Shown in pieces: positions 49,960-59,816 of a stretch of DNA of 64,000 nucleotides. Position numbers and translations under genes: made by a program. This stretch comes from an uncultured virus (IMG/VR IMGVR_UViG_3300037189_006336) (Duplodnaviria > Heunggongvirae > Uroviricota > Caudoviricetes). How positions within the stretch are numbered: position 1 is the first letter of the stretch; each line of letters starts with the position of its first letter. The notes under the pieces were generated by a model, which did not search any database, had not been told where the DNA came from, and saw only the letters and a list, made by a program, of their open reading frames with translations. The DNA lies in IMG/VR virus record IMGVR_UViG_3300037189_006336, positions 1 through 64,000 of that record. One strand, written 5' to 3'.

Positions 49960-50515
49960 AGGATTCTTCTATTTCTCCCTCCACTCTAGCAAACTCTAAC
50001 TGACATATTTTCATGTTAGGATATACTAATATAGGACGTGTAGCAACAAGTTCTAACACTAAGCTTCCTTCGAATCCTGGATCTATAAAACCAGCAGTTA
50101 TATGTATAAACAATCCAAGTCTACCTAAAGAAGATTTACCTTCAACCTTAGCTCTTATATTACCTTTTACACCGATACGTTCGTTTACAGCATAAAGATA
50201 AACATCTCCTGGCATAAGAACACATCCATAATCTGGAATAGTAAATTCTTCTACTTCATTAGGTTTGCGTGGATCCAATGGTTCAGTGTAAACATACATA
50301 CCATGACTATCTATAAAATATAGTTCTTCTTTATCTAATATATATTGAGGAACTTGATCTTTAAATACTTTTTTTACAGGCGTTTTATATATCTTAAAAC
50401 TAGGCGCCAGCGTAAGATCAACACTAACTGGATTCAAATACTTTTCTTCAAAAGGAGCTATAATAACTTTACCTTTTAATAACTCATCTTTAATTACTTT
50501 GTCTGATAATATCAT
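49859..50515 (-). CDS. dcd: dCTP deaminase (dUTPase-fold family)
   Basis: MILSD, NPVSVDLTL, EGKSSLGRLGL.IH.TAGFIDPGFEG.LVLEL, ICQL, SKYHGQ. Confidence 0.9.
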   Translation of the reverse strand: MILSDKVIKDELLKGKVIIAPFEEKYLNPVSVDLTLAPSFKIYKTPVKKVFKDQVPQYILDKEELYFIDSHGMYVYTEPLDPRKPNEVEEFTIPDYGCVLMPGDVYLYAVNERIGVKGNIRAKVEGKSSLGRLGLFIHITAGFIDPGFEGSLVLELVATRPILVYPNMKICQLEFARVEGEIEESYDQKAGSKYHGQTGVQESKYHQNYSSESGKSVY

Positions 50516-50790
50516 AATGGTATATTTTTTAATGTTTTTTCTATTAACTCTTTATCTCTTGGTTTTAAAGCCGACATTCTTAATGCTATATCTTTCTTTA
50601 AAACAGAAGAATATATTTGTGTTTTTCTTACACATCTTTTTTGTACATCTGCTGGTGGTATACCCAATCTATTACCAGCTTTGTTAAAGTTCTCATACAC
50701 ACCTATAAGTTTAGAATCCCCCTGTAAAAGGGGATCATAAACTTTAACACATGTATCAGAACACACATCATTTCTTAAAGCTAAACTCAT
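50512..50790 (-). CDS. Small HTH/NUMOD1-like DNA-binding protein
   Basis: LIGVYENFNKAGNRLGIPPADVQKRC resembles the NUMOD1/IENR1 helix-turn-helix. Confidence 0.45.
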   Translation of the reverse strand: MSLALRNDVCSDTCVKVYDPLLQGDSKLIGVYENFNKAGNRLGIPPADVQKRCVRKTQIYSSVLKKDIALRMSALKPRDKELIEKTLKNIPL

Positions 50791-50791
50791 T

Positions 50792-51070
50792 CTATAAATT
50801 ATTTAATTTTCTAAAATTATCAACTTGATGTTTAGCTTGTTTTAAATCAAGTCCTGTAAAATCTTTGTGTTCTTTTACAGATTGTAAATACTCTCCATTG
50901 ATTATATGATGAATAGTTTTTCCAGATAAGTTATCTGGATTTTTATATTCAACATAAAAATACGTGCTCATTCTTTTATCTATAGTGGCTTTAAATATTT
51001 CTAATTCTTCTTTAGAAGCTTTATTTTCTAGATATATGTTTACAGTAGCTGTATGTTTTGTTAAGCCCAT
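50792..51070 (-). CDS. Small protein with a ribosomal bL12 C-terminal-like motif
   Basis: LQSVKEHKDFTGLDLKQAKHQVD resembles the KxxRxxTGLGLKEAKxxV motif. Confidence 0.45.
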   Translation of the reverse strand: MGLTKHTATVNIYLENKASKEELEIFKATIDKRMSTYFYVEYKNPDNLSGKTIHHIINGEYLQSVKEHKDFTGLDLKQAKHQVDNFRKLNNL

Positions 51071-51687
51071 TATAATAACTTTATTTGTTTTAATATTTCT
51101 TTTACTGTTAATTCAAGACTAGTTATATCAGAAACATTAGCTATCTTAAAATCAAACTCCCAATCATCTAAGGCTACTTCGCTAGGATGACTATTTATTG
51201 GTTTATATCCGGGACGATCAACACGAATAATAACACCTCCTTTATCTTTAATAGCTTTAGCTTCATTAGGAAATCTAACATCTGTTATCACCCATTTACT
51301 AGGGTGATGTTCAGACATCTTTGGTGATTTATAATCCGCAAATAAAGCGTTCACCCATATATTATCGTGTAAACAGTTTCTCATAGCGTCTGTACCAAGA
51401 AGCTGTAAAAACATCCTTACAGTCATTGATTTAGAAATGTCTTCTCTGTCTATACCTTTTGGTAGCCACTTTTTTTCTATAACTTTAGTATTCCATTCAT
51501 GTCCTAAATCAGTTTTTTTAAACTCTTGATCTTCAAACATCTCTATGGGAATACCTGTTAGGATAGAAGCTATGAGTTTTAACTTACCCGCAAACATTTT
51601 CATTTCCCAGGTATGATCTAATTCCCATATAATCTTTCCTATTGTACTTTTTCCAACCCCAGAGTACCCTGAAATCCCAATTATCAT
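51070..51687 (-). CDS. Deoxynucleoside monophosphate kinase (T4 gp1-like)
   Basis: IIGISGYSGVGKST, FAGKLK, RMFLQLLGTD, ITDVRFPNE, HPSE. Confidence 0.9.
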   Translation of the reverse strand: MIIGISGYSGVGKSTIGKIIWELDHTWEMKMFAGKLKLIASILTGIPIEMFEDQEFKKTDLGHEWNTKVIEKKWLPKGIDREDISKSMTVRMFLQLLGTDAMRNCLHDNIWVNALFADYKSPKMSEHHPSKWVITDVRFPNEAKAIKDKGGVIIRVDRPGYKPINSHPSEVALDDWEFDFKIANVSDITSLELTVKEILKQIKLL

Positions 51688-51688
51688 T

Positions 51689-52030
51689 TTATTTATATTT
51701 ATTATTAATAAATGTTTGAATCATGTCCACTACTTCTTCTACATCATCTGGTGGAACTCTAAATACTTCTTCAGTAATCAACATCAAATATACAAGATCT
51801 GCTCTATCTAAATACTTTTTTACTGTTAATACTGACTTACTATCTGGCATTAAGCTACAGACTTCGTTTACAGCTAATTGAGCTGCTTTTAGAGCTTTAC
51901 CTAATATATATTTTTGTTGTTTACTAGTTAAAGATTTACTAGCTTCAATTCTTATTTCTATACACTTTAGATGTTGTAAAACACAAGCAAATAAATCAGA
52001 TATACTATTTTCACTTAGTTGATCATCCAT
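51689..52030 (-). CDS. Hypothetical protein
   Basis: 113-aa ORF in the operon. Confidence 0.55.
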   Translation of the reverse strand: MDDQLSENSISDLFACVLQHLKCIEIRIEASKSLTSKQQKYILGKALKAAQLAVNEVCSLMPDSKSVLTVKKYLDRADLVYLMLITEEVFRVPPDDVEEVVDMIQTFINNKYK

Positions 52031-52040
52031 AAATAAATTT

Positions 52041-52070
52041 AAAAAATTAGGAAGATTATTCTCCCTAATT
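52041..52070 (-). terminator. Probable terminator
   Basis: Imperfect AATTAGGAAGA-TTAT-TCTCCCTAATT hairpin with a T-run on the minus strand. Confidence 0.55.
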
Positions 52071-52073
52071 ATA

Positions 52074-52847
52074 TTACATAAATATTACACCCATATTAGG
52101 TTGTTCAAACTCTTTCATTATTTCTATTACATCAATAACCTCACGATGTGTCACTGGTGACACCGGAACATTTATACCATTATTTGATATAGTTGGTTTA
52201 AAATAATTTTTTAAATAATTATATAATACCAACCGATCATCAATGTATGAATAAGGATGTGACTCATCTAAAACGTCTGTCAACTTTTCAAACAACTCTA
52301 ACACAGTTTTTGGAACGGATAAATCTAATTGTTTTTTTAATATACCAACTTGTGTTAGATTTAATATGTTTTCTATAAACAACAACTGACCTATAATACT
52401 TGATGTAGTTAGTTTATCAATAGGCATATTTATAAATGAGTCTATTGTTTCATCAATTTTTGATATATCTGATACAGTGTTTAATTGTGATTGTACAGAT
52501 GCATCTATATCACTGATAGTTAACCCTGTTCTCATTTTACAGATATTAGGTGTTCTGTTAATGATTATTTTATCCATATAACTCTTACCTAACACACATC
52601 TAAATCCAAACGAGTTAACATAAGAATTAACCCATATTAATATATGACCTGATGTTGTATAATGAATACCTTGAACTACATCTTTAGTTGGAGTCATTCT
52701 ATAATGTTCAAAAGAAACAGTATATCCATTTTTTGATAATGAGTCTTTTACACTATTTTTTACATCATTGTGTGATGTAAACCCATTTTTAGCAGGGCCA
52801 CTATTTATAATAGCTTCTTCTATTACATATCCTACTTTAAGAGGCAT
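52074..52847 (-). CDS. Hypothetical protein, weakly DUF932/DUF945-like
   Basis: SHNDV...WVNSY...T..L.ESHP pattern; location next to PolB. Confidence 0.35.
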   Translation of the reverse strand: MPLKVGYVIEEAIINSGPAKNGFTSHNDVKNSVKDSLSKNGYTVSFEHYRMTPTKDVVQGIHYTTSGHILIWVNSYVNSFGFRCVLGKSYMDKIIINRTPNICKMRTGLTISDIDASVQSQLNTVSDISKIDETIDSFINMPIDKLTTSSIIGQLLFIENILNLTQVGILKKQLDLSVPKTVLELFEKLTDVLDESHPYSYIDDRLVLYNYLKNYFKPTISNNGINVPVSPVTHREVIDVIEIMKEFEQPNMGVIFM

Positions 52848-52859
52848 AATCTATAATTT

Positions 52860-54785
52860 TTAAAATAATGATAATTGTTTAACGTTTCTGTTTTTTACCT
52901 TTTCTATCTGATTGATTTCTTTATAAATAGCTTCTAGATAATAACTAAAATTAATGTCATAAGATTCAAACGGTTTATTAATATCTATCTCATTAGCTAC
53001 TATTTGTCTCCATACACCAGCTTCTACTTGTAACTCTCTTCCGTCAGTATGACATTTTATAAGCTTAGTACCGCGATTAGATACATAATACCTAACAATC
53101 TTTTTAAGCTTTGTTACTTGTTGTTGATTATTAACAAAGTCTCTACCTTCATAATGCCATCCAGATTTAGCTTTTACACCTCCACAATAATCAAAAATGT
53201 TAGTGTTAGTTGCTAAGAAGTCTTCAGGTTTTACACCATTAACAAAATACGCGTGGATAGCTTTAGGAATAATCAAGAAAGATTTATTCTTGTGTAACGT
53301 AGCTGTTTTCTTTTTATCAAGATCTTCCCACTCAAATCTACCTTTACATTTTACTTTACCTTTCTTATTTACCGCGATATAATTATTTACATCACCGATA
53401 ACCATTTTGGTATATTCATCATGTTCAAGTTGAAGTTTAGTAAGTAGTTCCCATTGATGACATACTGACATATAAGTAGAAACCGCTGTAACAGGAATCA
53501 TCATCTCTAAACCATCTGTATTCTGCATAAGAGGTGCAGCATCAGGTATAGCTTCACACAACATCTCGTACAACATACTTAACAGTAGTTGTCCATTAAT
53601 AGTGATTTGCATGGTCATCTTAGGATCATAAAGAAAACTATTTTCATCACCAGATAAACCATATGTACTATTAAGAATAATCTTATATACATAGTTTCTA
53701 GGATCTGTTTTAGGAATCTTCACTCTCTCATTAAAAAACCACTCATACTGTTCACAGAATTCTTTTTGAGGAAGATGTCCCGGATGAAAACCGTTACGAA
53801 TAGCTAGATTTGGATAATAGCTCACAACATCTGAAGAAATAATTACATAACCGGGTTTAGCTTCATACACACCCATATCTGCAGCTCCATGGATACCACC
53901 AAGTCCATAATCAGTTTTAACTCCTCTATTTATAAGAGAATACTTAAATCCATCTTTTGTAGATGTAATAACTGTTTTTTTAAAAAAGTCGTGTAGCTTT
54001 TGAAACTCTGGAGTTTTAAACTTAACATAAGGAAGAATACAATCAGCTAACACTATATAACTACGTGGAGTACGCATGTCTTTTATAACACTTTTATCAA
54101 GTCCTGTCTTTTTAGAAAGAAAGAACATAAATAACTCTTTAGATATACGAGGTTCAGAAGCTGAATATAGATCTACACCGTATTCTGTAGTAAGAAGTGT
54201 TCTTAAACTTAGTTGTTCTTTTGATAAGTGTAAAATTTGTTTAGTACTCTTTACATCATTGACACAATAATCAACAATCATATCTAGAGTCTTTTGATCG
54301 GGTACCGGTTCATAATGCGGATGAGGCATCTCTTCTACATTATACCAGTCCATAGAATACTGTATCCATTTAAGACTAGACATCTTGGCTTTATTATCCC
54401 AATGGTTCATCTTAAAAAGATCAATACACTTAATCTTAAATTGTCTAGGAGTAAACTCAGCAAATTCAGATCTGTTTTTACGATCTATAACATCTTGAGC
54501 GTATTTATATATCCAGGAAGCAAGATCTTTTCCTGACATATGTATGAGTTTGTGTTTCTCTCTTAACAGTTTTTCAGTAATCTGAGCGTCAAAAGCTATA
54601 CCGTTGAAACTTATATGCCACTCGTTTTTAGTTATATTATTTTCTAAAAAAGATATTAAGTCTTTGAAATCATTCTGGTGTTCCCAGATAATAAACTTCT
54701 TTGTTTTATCCTCTTTGTAGTGTGTAAACACGGCTGTGAAAAGATTTATAATCGTTTCATAGTCCATTACGTAATGATCTGCCAT
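52860..54785 (-). CDS. polB: Family B DNA polymerase
   Basis: Exonuclease DYET, FNGIAFD, YCVND; polymerase SSDVVSYYPN, KIILNSTYG, NTDG. Confidence 0.9.
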   Translation of the reverse strand: MADHYVMDYETIINLFTAVFTHYKEDKTKKFIIWEHQNDFKDLISFLENNITKNEWHISFNGIAFDAQITEKLLREKHKLIHMSGKDLASWIYKYAQDVIDRKNRSEFAEFTPRQFKIKCIDLFKMNHWDNKAKMSSLKWIQYSMDWYNVEEMPHPHYEPVPDQKTLDMIVDYCVNDVKSTKQILHLSKEQLSLRTLLTTEYGVDLYSASEPRISKELFMFFLSKKTGLDKSVIKDMRTPRSYIVLADCILPYVKFKTPEFQKLHDFFKKTVITSTKDGFKYSLINRGVKTDYGLGGIHGAADMGVYEAKPGYVIISSDVVSYYPNLAIRNGFHPGHLPQKEFCEQYEWFFNERVKIPKTDPRNYVYKIILNSTYGLSGDENSFLYDPKMTMQITINGQLLLSMLYEMLCEAIPDAAPLMQNTDGLEMMIPVTAVSTYMSVCHQWELLTKLQLEHDEYTKMVIGDVNNYIAVNKKGKVKCKGRFEWEDLDKKKTATLHKNKSFLIIPKAIHAYFVNGVKPEDFLATNTNIFDYCGGVKAKSGWHYEGRDFVNNQQQVTKLKKIVRYYVSNRGTKLIKCHTDGRELQVEAGVWRQIVANEIDINKPFESYDINFSYYLEAIYKEINQIEKVKNRNVKQLSLF

Positions 54786-54822
54786 ATATATAATATTCAG
54801 TTAAGCTGTTTCCCCTTCTTAA

Positions 54823-54853
54823 GAAAAAAAAGGAGATCTAATTGATCTCCTTT
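54823..54853 (-). terminator. Rho-independent terminator upstream of polB
   Basis: AAAGGAGATC-TAATT-GATCTCCTTT perfect stem with a T-run on the minus strand. Confidence 0.75.
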
Positions 54854-54864
54854 GTTGGTTTATT

Positions 54865-55266
54865 TTAAACAGTGACAATAGACTTTTTGACCGCGGTAGG
54901 ATTGAAAGCTTCATCTAAAATACTAAGATCAAATGTATCAGTGTTTGTTGCAAACATTTGAACAAACTGTTTAATTTCATCTTCGTTACTTATAAAGTAT
55001 TCATAGAAAGTTTCTAACGCTTTTCTTTCTTCAGCATAGTCTTTTCCATTAGCTCTCTTACCTATTTTCATAGCTGTAGGATCTCCCCATTCATTAAGTT
55101 TAGCCATCATATGAAAAGTTTCTTTCTTTTCTTTTCCAATAACAACTAACACTTTATCTTCTGGATCAAATATTACCTCGTTGTACGGACAAATTGGTGA
55201 CACTGGAATCATCTTGAAAGTCTTTCTAACTCCCCAAGATGATGTAATCAAAATCATTGACTTCAT
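54865..55266 (-). CDS. Hypothetical protein; ATG 55266 is the likely start
   Basis: MKSMILITSSW...; the TTG start given in the ORF track lies inside a promoter -7 box. Confidence 0.6.
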   Translation of the reverse strand: MKSMILITSSWGVRKTFKMIPVSPICPYNEVIFDPEDKVLVVIGKEKKETFHMMAKLNEWGDPTAMKIGKRANGKDYAEERKALETFYEYFISNEDEIKQFVQMFATNTDTFDLSILDEAFNPTAVKKSIVTV

Positions 55267-55287
55267 AAATCTAAACTTTATTTTTTG

Positions 55288-55318
55288 CAAAGCTACTTAT
55301 TTTACATCAATACTCAAA
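55288..55318 (-). promoter_or_regulatory. Bacteroidota sigma-70 promoter (-33 TTTG, 19-nt spacer, -7 TAGCTTTG)
   Basis: Exact match to TTTG-N19-TAnnTTTG on the minus strand, 21 nt upstream of ATG 55266. Confidence 0.75.
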
Positions 55319-55830
55319 GTTTCTTTTTCGATATCGTATTTATCACACAATTCTCCAACTTCTTTAAGTACACTCAATTTTACATTCAGAAGTTTAGCAT
55401 ACACATCCATGTATTTTTCTGGATACAGATAAGTTTTCATATAGAGGTACTCTGATGATAGAGGACCAAAATAATCTTTAATGTGTGATTTCATATCTTT
55501 AGATAATTTAGAATACTTTCCTTCTAGAAAATACTTCCAATCTTCTTTATACTCTGTAAATTTAAACATGTATAGTTTAAACCCATCAGCTTCAATCACA
55601 TATTCAAACAACTTATTGGATTGTAATACGTTCTTTTCAAATGTTTTAAAGACACTAGTGTCTTCAGCTTTATACGCACATACTAATATCATATCCTCCA
55701 CTCCTATTTTATCTTTAATAGACAAGTATACACCAGCCGGTGTAAAAGGATTTTTCTTATTTATACCAAGTGCGGGAAATAAAAAAGATCTAGATTTTTG
55801 AAAATATTTATCGTATAAGCTACTAATCAT
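55297..55830 (-). CDS. Hypothetical protein of the replication module
   Basis: KSRSFLFPAL...FLEGKYSKLS pattern; sits next to the exonuclease. Confidence 0.55.
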   Translation of the reverse strand: MISSLYDKYFQKSRSFLFPALGINKKNPFTPAGVYLSIKDKIGVEDMILVCAYKAEDTSVFKTFEKNVLQSNKLFEYVIEADGFKLYMFKFTEYKEDWKYFLEGKYSKLSKDMKSHIKDYFGPLSSEYLYMKTYLYPEKYMDVYAKLLNVKLSVLKEVGELCDKYDIEKETLSIDVK

Positions 55831-55840
55831 AATTTGTTAT

Positions 55841-56860
55841 TTATAAAACTACGTTTCCTACAGCAAAGTCGTATGGAAGACTATAGTCTTTATTTATATA
55901 ATGCCACTCAGCTTTGTTTAAGACCTCTTTCATTCTTTCTAACCAGCTGTTCATTGTTAAATCACTCACTTTAAAAGGATATACTAAAAATGATTTATCT
56001 ATTACAATAAAACGAAACTCCACTTTATAACCAGCATCTATAAGACGCGCGTAATTAACGTGAACTAATGACATATATACAACAGCTTGTAACCAATAAG
56101 AATAAAACTCTACAGTTTCTGAAAAATCTTTTAGTTCTTTACTTGTTGTTTTAATATCATTAATACGTATTACTTTTTTATCATTATCAATTACAAGATT
56201 ATCCAATATACCTTTAATTCCAAAAGGTTTACCGGCAACATTCATTGAGAGTTCTATTTCACTATATACTTCAACATCATCAAAATCAGTAGCGCTACAT
56301 CCTATAAGATTACATATCAAACTGTCTTGCTTTATCAAATCAACAGCTTCTTTACAGTAGTTGTAATCCTCTACAGATATTAGAGATTTTCCTTTCTTTT
56401 GTTTTAAAAAACTCCAGTATGATTTTGTTTCAGAAGTGATTATTTTATCAAATCTTTGATCATCTGTTTTTAAACTTTGATGTAGATTCATATCTGTCAA
56501 TACATCAAGGATCGCGTTTTTAAATTCATCTAAGTTTTCTCTTCCATCATCAGACAACTCTGAGTAATGTTTAAAAACTCTATCCACTACAGCTTTTGTA
56601 TTACCTGTAGGAAGAGTATCGGGAGAAACAACAAACAATTTTTCAAAGTTATGTTCTTCTAATAACAAACAATGTACAAGTTTACCTTGTACTAAATGGT
56701 TATCCAACTTTTCTTCTTTGTTTCCTAATATATAAGATTGATAGAAAAACGCGGGATTCCACATCAGTTGTTTTAAAGAACTATAACTAAACATCATTTG
56801 TTTACTATAGAACTCATTTTGTAAATGTTCCATAGTTTCTCTTAATAAATCCTCAAGCAT
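55841..56860 (-). CDS. PD-(D/E)xK exonuclease (RecE/ExoVIII-like)
   Basis: SYSSLK, GKLVHCLLLE, KGILDNL, INDIKTT, YWLQAVVY. Confidence 0.8.
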   Translation of the reverse strand: MLEDLLRETMEHLQNEFYSKQMMFSYSSLKQLMWNPAFFYQSYILGNKEEKLDNHLVQGKLVHCLLLEEHNFEKLFVVSPDTLPTGNTKAVVDRVFKHYSELSDDGRENLDEFKNAILDVLTDMNLHQSLKTDDQRFDKIITSETKSYWSFLKQKKGKSLISVEDYNYCKEAVDLIKQDSLICNLIGCSATDFDDVEVYSEIELSMNVAGKPFGIKGILDNLVIDNDKKVIRINDIKTTSKELKDFSETVEFYSYWLQAVVYMSLVHVNYARLIDAGYKVEFRFIVIDKSFLVYPFKVSDLTMNSWLERMKEVLNKAEWHYINKDYSLPYDFAVGNVVL

Positions 56861-56872
56861 ATATTTTATTTT

Positions 56873-57061
56873 TTATAATTTGTTAGATTCAGCTTTTTTC
56901 CATAAGCCTTTTTCTTCTAGAAAAATACGAATTCTATTTCCTGTTCTAAAATCTGTAGTAAAAGCTTCTGTAAGTTCTAGAAATCTATACACCTCGCAGA
57001 GTTCTTCTTTCACTTTACCTATATCATCTTCTGATAACATACCATCTAAGAATTCACTCAT
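56873..57061 (-). CDS. Small hypothetical protein
   Basis: 62 aa; ATGA coupling to the HNH gene. Confidence 0.55.
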   Translation of the reverse strand: MSEFLDGMLSEDDIGKVKEELCEVYRFLELTEAFTTDFRTGNRIRIFLEEKGLWKKAESNKL

Positions 57062-57444
57062 TTCTTTCTATCTTTTTGTGTTTTTTTGTCATGACAATTT
57101 ATACATAGTACCTGTAGCCCTTCAACCTCTACAAATAATCTTCCTACAAACCCTTCTAGATCAGCACCACAGTTAAGAGCTCCGGCTGGTATAATGTGAT
57201 CAATATTAATATCTTTCTCCATAAACCACTCTTTACAAATGTTACATTGGTATTCATACTTTTGTCTTTTGTTAACTCCTTTATAAATACGTCTTGCTTC
57301 TAGTTTAACCTGTGTTACAGGTGGCCACCATCTACTTTTTTGTCTAAGAGCGCTTCTGATGAAAGTCCAGTACACAGCTTCACTCATTGTACCACCAGCT
57401 CTTGTTTTAGCAACTCTAGATTTCACTACTTTCTTTGCTTTCAT
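57058..57444 (-). CDS. HNH endonuclease with Zn-binding CxxC pairs
   Basis: YQCNICKEWF, IDHIIP, LQVLCINCHDKKT. Confidence 0.85.
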   Translation of the reverse strand: MKAKKVVKSRVAKTRAGGTMSEAVYWTFIRSALRQKSRWWPPVTQVKLEARRIYKGVNKRQKYEYQCNICKEWFMEKDINIDHIIPAGALNCGADLEGFVGRLFVEVEGLQVLCINCHDKKTQKDRKK

Positions 57445-58426
57445 CCGGCAAAGATATAAGTTTATCTATTATTGGAACAAGTCTATTTCTAACTTGTAAA
57501 GGTCCATGATCACGAATACTATCTGAAGGATCTTTACTCATTGGTAGATAACATACATGAATATAAGGATATGTTTCTTTATACTTTACCATAGCCGCTT
57601 TACCTGGTTCATCATTATCAAACATTACAAGAATCTTCTTATAGTTTAAACGATAGATTTCCATATCAGCTGCTTTAATCAAAGTGTTTTCAGAATCAGG
57701 AGCTATTATATCTATATTCTTAAGCTTCAGACTTTTAATAGCCATTATATCTTTAAGACTAGATGTTATTAACAAAAACTGATTTAAATTAATTTGATCA
57801 AATCCTTGAATATAATCTTTAACTTTAATAAATTTTTTATCCAAAGTTTTGGGTTGGTAAATTTTATACAAACTCCCATCTTTTCTAAAATATCCATATA
57901 AATAACTACCTCTGATAGTTAGTGTAATAGGACCAGCGTCTGTAGTTTTTTCCATAAGATAACTTTCAAGCGGTCTTACATTATGTTCTGTAAGAAGCTT
58001 TGATCCTATGTTAAACTGAGTCCAGAAATATTGATCTTTAGATGTCCAGGATCTAAACACTACAGATGTCACCTTATATCTTGATGACACTTTAAACTTT
58101 GACATATTATATCCTCCATTATTATGAAGAACAAAGTCATTGTAATTTTCTATAATGATTTCAGATGCTTTATGAAAAGGAACGTTATATAGTTCTTTTA
58201 CAAGATCTACAGCGGATCCTCCTTTACCTGTAGAGAAATCCTTAAATCTATATTGACCACTTGTACAGTAAATAGAAAAACTAGGTGTTCTTTCTTCAGG
58301 ATTAAATATACTTTTAATCTTTACTTCAGAACCATCTAATTTATGTTTCAGTTTACAAAAGTGTTCAAATATCCAAGGAATAGGTATCTGCTTTACATCA
58401 TTTACAAGATTCTTAGTGTTAAACAT
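57416..58426 (-). CDS. DnaG-like DNA primase (Cys-less ZBD-like N-terminus + TOPRIM)
   Basis: SIFNPEERTPSF...FKDFSTGKGG; ITSSLKD, APDSE, FDNDEPG, KDPSD. Confidence 0.85.
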   Translation of the reverse strand: MFNTKNLVNDVKQIPIPWIFEHFCKLKHKLDGSEVKIKSIFNPEERTPSFSIYCTSGQYRFKDFSTGKGGSAVDLVKELYNVPFHKASEIIIENYNDFVLHNNGGYNMSKFKVSSRYKVTSVVFRSWTSKDQYFWTQFNIGSKLLTEHNVRPLESYLMEKTTDAGPITLTIRGSYLYGYFRKDGSLYKIYQPKTLDKKFIKVKDYIQGFDQINLNQFLLITSSLKDIMAIKSLKLKNIDIIAPDSENTLIKAADMEIYRLNYKKILVMFDNDEPGKAAMVKYKETYPYIHVCYLPMSKDPSDSIRDHGPLQVRNRLVPIIDKLISLPDESKESSEI

Positions 58427-58437
58427 AAAAACAGTTT

Positions 58438-58477
58438 AAAAAAATAGGGGATCCCTATTAAAGAATCCCCCTTTTTT
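58438..58477 (-). terminator. Probable terminator between the SSB-like and primase genes
   Basis: Minus strand GGGGGATTCT...AGGGATCCCCTA hairpin followed by a T-run. Confidence 0.65.
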
Positions 58478-58495
58478 AATCAATAGCAACAATGA

Positions 58496-59116
58496 TTACA
58501 TATCAAAATCAGAACCAGCGTCAAAACTTGCTACAGGTATAGATGGAGCTAAAGCTTTGTAATGATATATGTTAGTTTTATCAAATACATCAAGCTTACT
58601 TATGTCTTTAGCTACATATTTATACTTAGGAAGAGAAAGTTTAACGATGGTTTTACCATTATATTCTTCTTCTGTTCCTTTTAAAAACCAATTAAGATCA
58701 TGTCCTTTTAATACATCAATAGCTTTGTCAACCCAAGTTTCAATATTTGTAATATTATGCTTTTGACCAATCTCATCAATTTCTTTTCTCAAACCTAGTT
58801 GATCAGAAATAAATACAAGCTTACTTAAGATTTCGTTTTTAGCAAGTTCTTGACTATTATACTCAGCTGTATAAACAGTAGCTACTACTTTACCAGTAGG
58901 ACCAGCATACTTAGGACCAGTTGGGTTATCTTTATCAATTGGCCATCCTTCGAAGTCAGGAACTATTTCCCCTTCTAATAAAAGATCCAACACTTTCTTA
59001 TCACCTTTTGATGATGTTCTTACTAAGCCACTTAAAATATGGGCTTTTACTACTCCTGGTGTTAGACTCTTTGATCCACCACCACTTTTTACTTCTTGTC
59101 CTTGTGTACTAAACAT
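58496..59116 (-). CDS. Putative single-stranded DNA-binding protein
   Basis: Directly downstream of a Sak4-like ATPase; SLTPGVVKAHI start; acidic/aromatic tail FDAGSDFDM. Confidence 0.55.
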   Translation of the reverse strand: MFSTQGQEVKSGGGSKSLTPGVVKAHILSGLVRTSSKGDKKVLDLLLEGEIVPDFEGWPIDKDNPTGPKYAGPTGKVVATVYTAEYNSQELAKNEILSKLVFISDQLGLRKEIDEIGQKHNITNIETWVDKAIDVLKGHDLNWFLKGTEEEYNGKTIVKLSLPKYKYVAKDISKLDVFDKTNIYHYKALAPSIPVASFDAGSDFDM

Positions 59117-59127
59117 GTGTGTTTTTT

Positions 59128-59811
59128 TTAATTTTCGTAATCAATAATTCCTTTTCTAACCAGTTCTAAATCATTAGGTATTTCTAATGTTAGAAACATT
59201 CCTCTCGGAGATTTACATGTGTTATCTCCTATTGTTTGAGTTTCAAATACATAACGAATTGTTCCATCTTTATCTTTTTTAACTTTACCAAACAACACTA
59301 TAGAAAATAAACCTTCGAGTGTTAGTTTCTCATCAATAAGTTTTCCTATTGTTTTAGCTTTCACCTTACGTTTACCTTCTATATCTACGCTTTCTTCAGC
59401 GTGTGTTAAATAAAAAACAGTTAGGTCTTCTCTCAAATTCTGAGGAAGTCTGGATAATTTAGATAATTTACTACCAATTTGAGTAAATTTTTCATACCCT
59501 TTTTCATTTATCTTATCAAAAAACTCAAATGAACTTACATACTGAAAATCATCTATAACAATAGTGGTGATTTCAGGACGCTTTTCATTTACATACTTGA
59601 TACAAGCCTCAATACTTTCAGCATCATGTCTACTGATAATATTACCTTTAGGACTATCTTTACTCCAAGCTACATATTTAGACTTCCATCCTTTAAATGG
59701 AAGTGGTTTATTAGCTACATTGATTATAAAAGTCTCAGAAGGATTTAGACTTTCAATACTTGTACTTTTTCCGGAACCTGATTCCGCAATAATTAAAACA
59801 CCTCTTCCCAT
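59128..59811 (-). CDS. Sak4-like (AAA_24) ATPase / ssDNA-annealing recombinase
   Basis: AESGSGKST Walker A, KPLPFKG, VIDDFQY, KAKTIGK, LEGLF, CKSP.GMF, IPNDL; ATG at 59811. Confidence 0.8.
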   Translation of the reverse strand: MGRGVLIIAESGSGKSTSIESLNPSETFIINVANKPLPFKGWKSKYVAWSKDSPKGNIISRHDAESIEACIKYVNEKRPEITTIVIDDFQYVSSFEFFDKINEKGYEKFTQIGSKLSKLSRLPQNLREDLTVFYLTHAEESVDIEGKRKVKAKTIGKLIDEKLTLEGLFSIVLFGKVKKDKDGTIRYVFETQTIGDNTCKSPRGMFLTLEIPNDLELVRKGIIDYEN

Positions 59812-59816
59812 AATTT

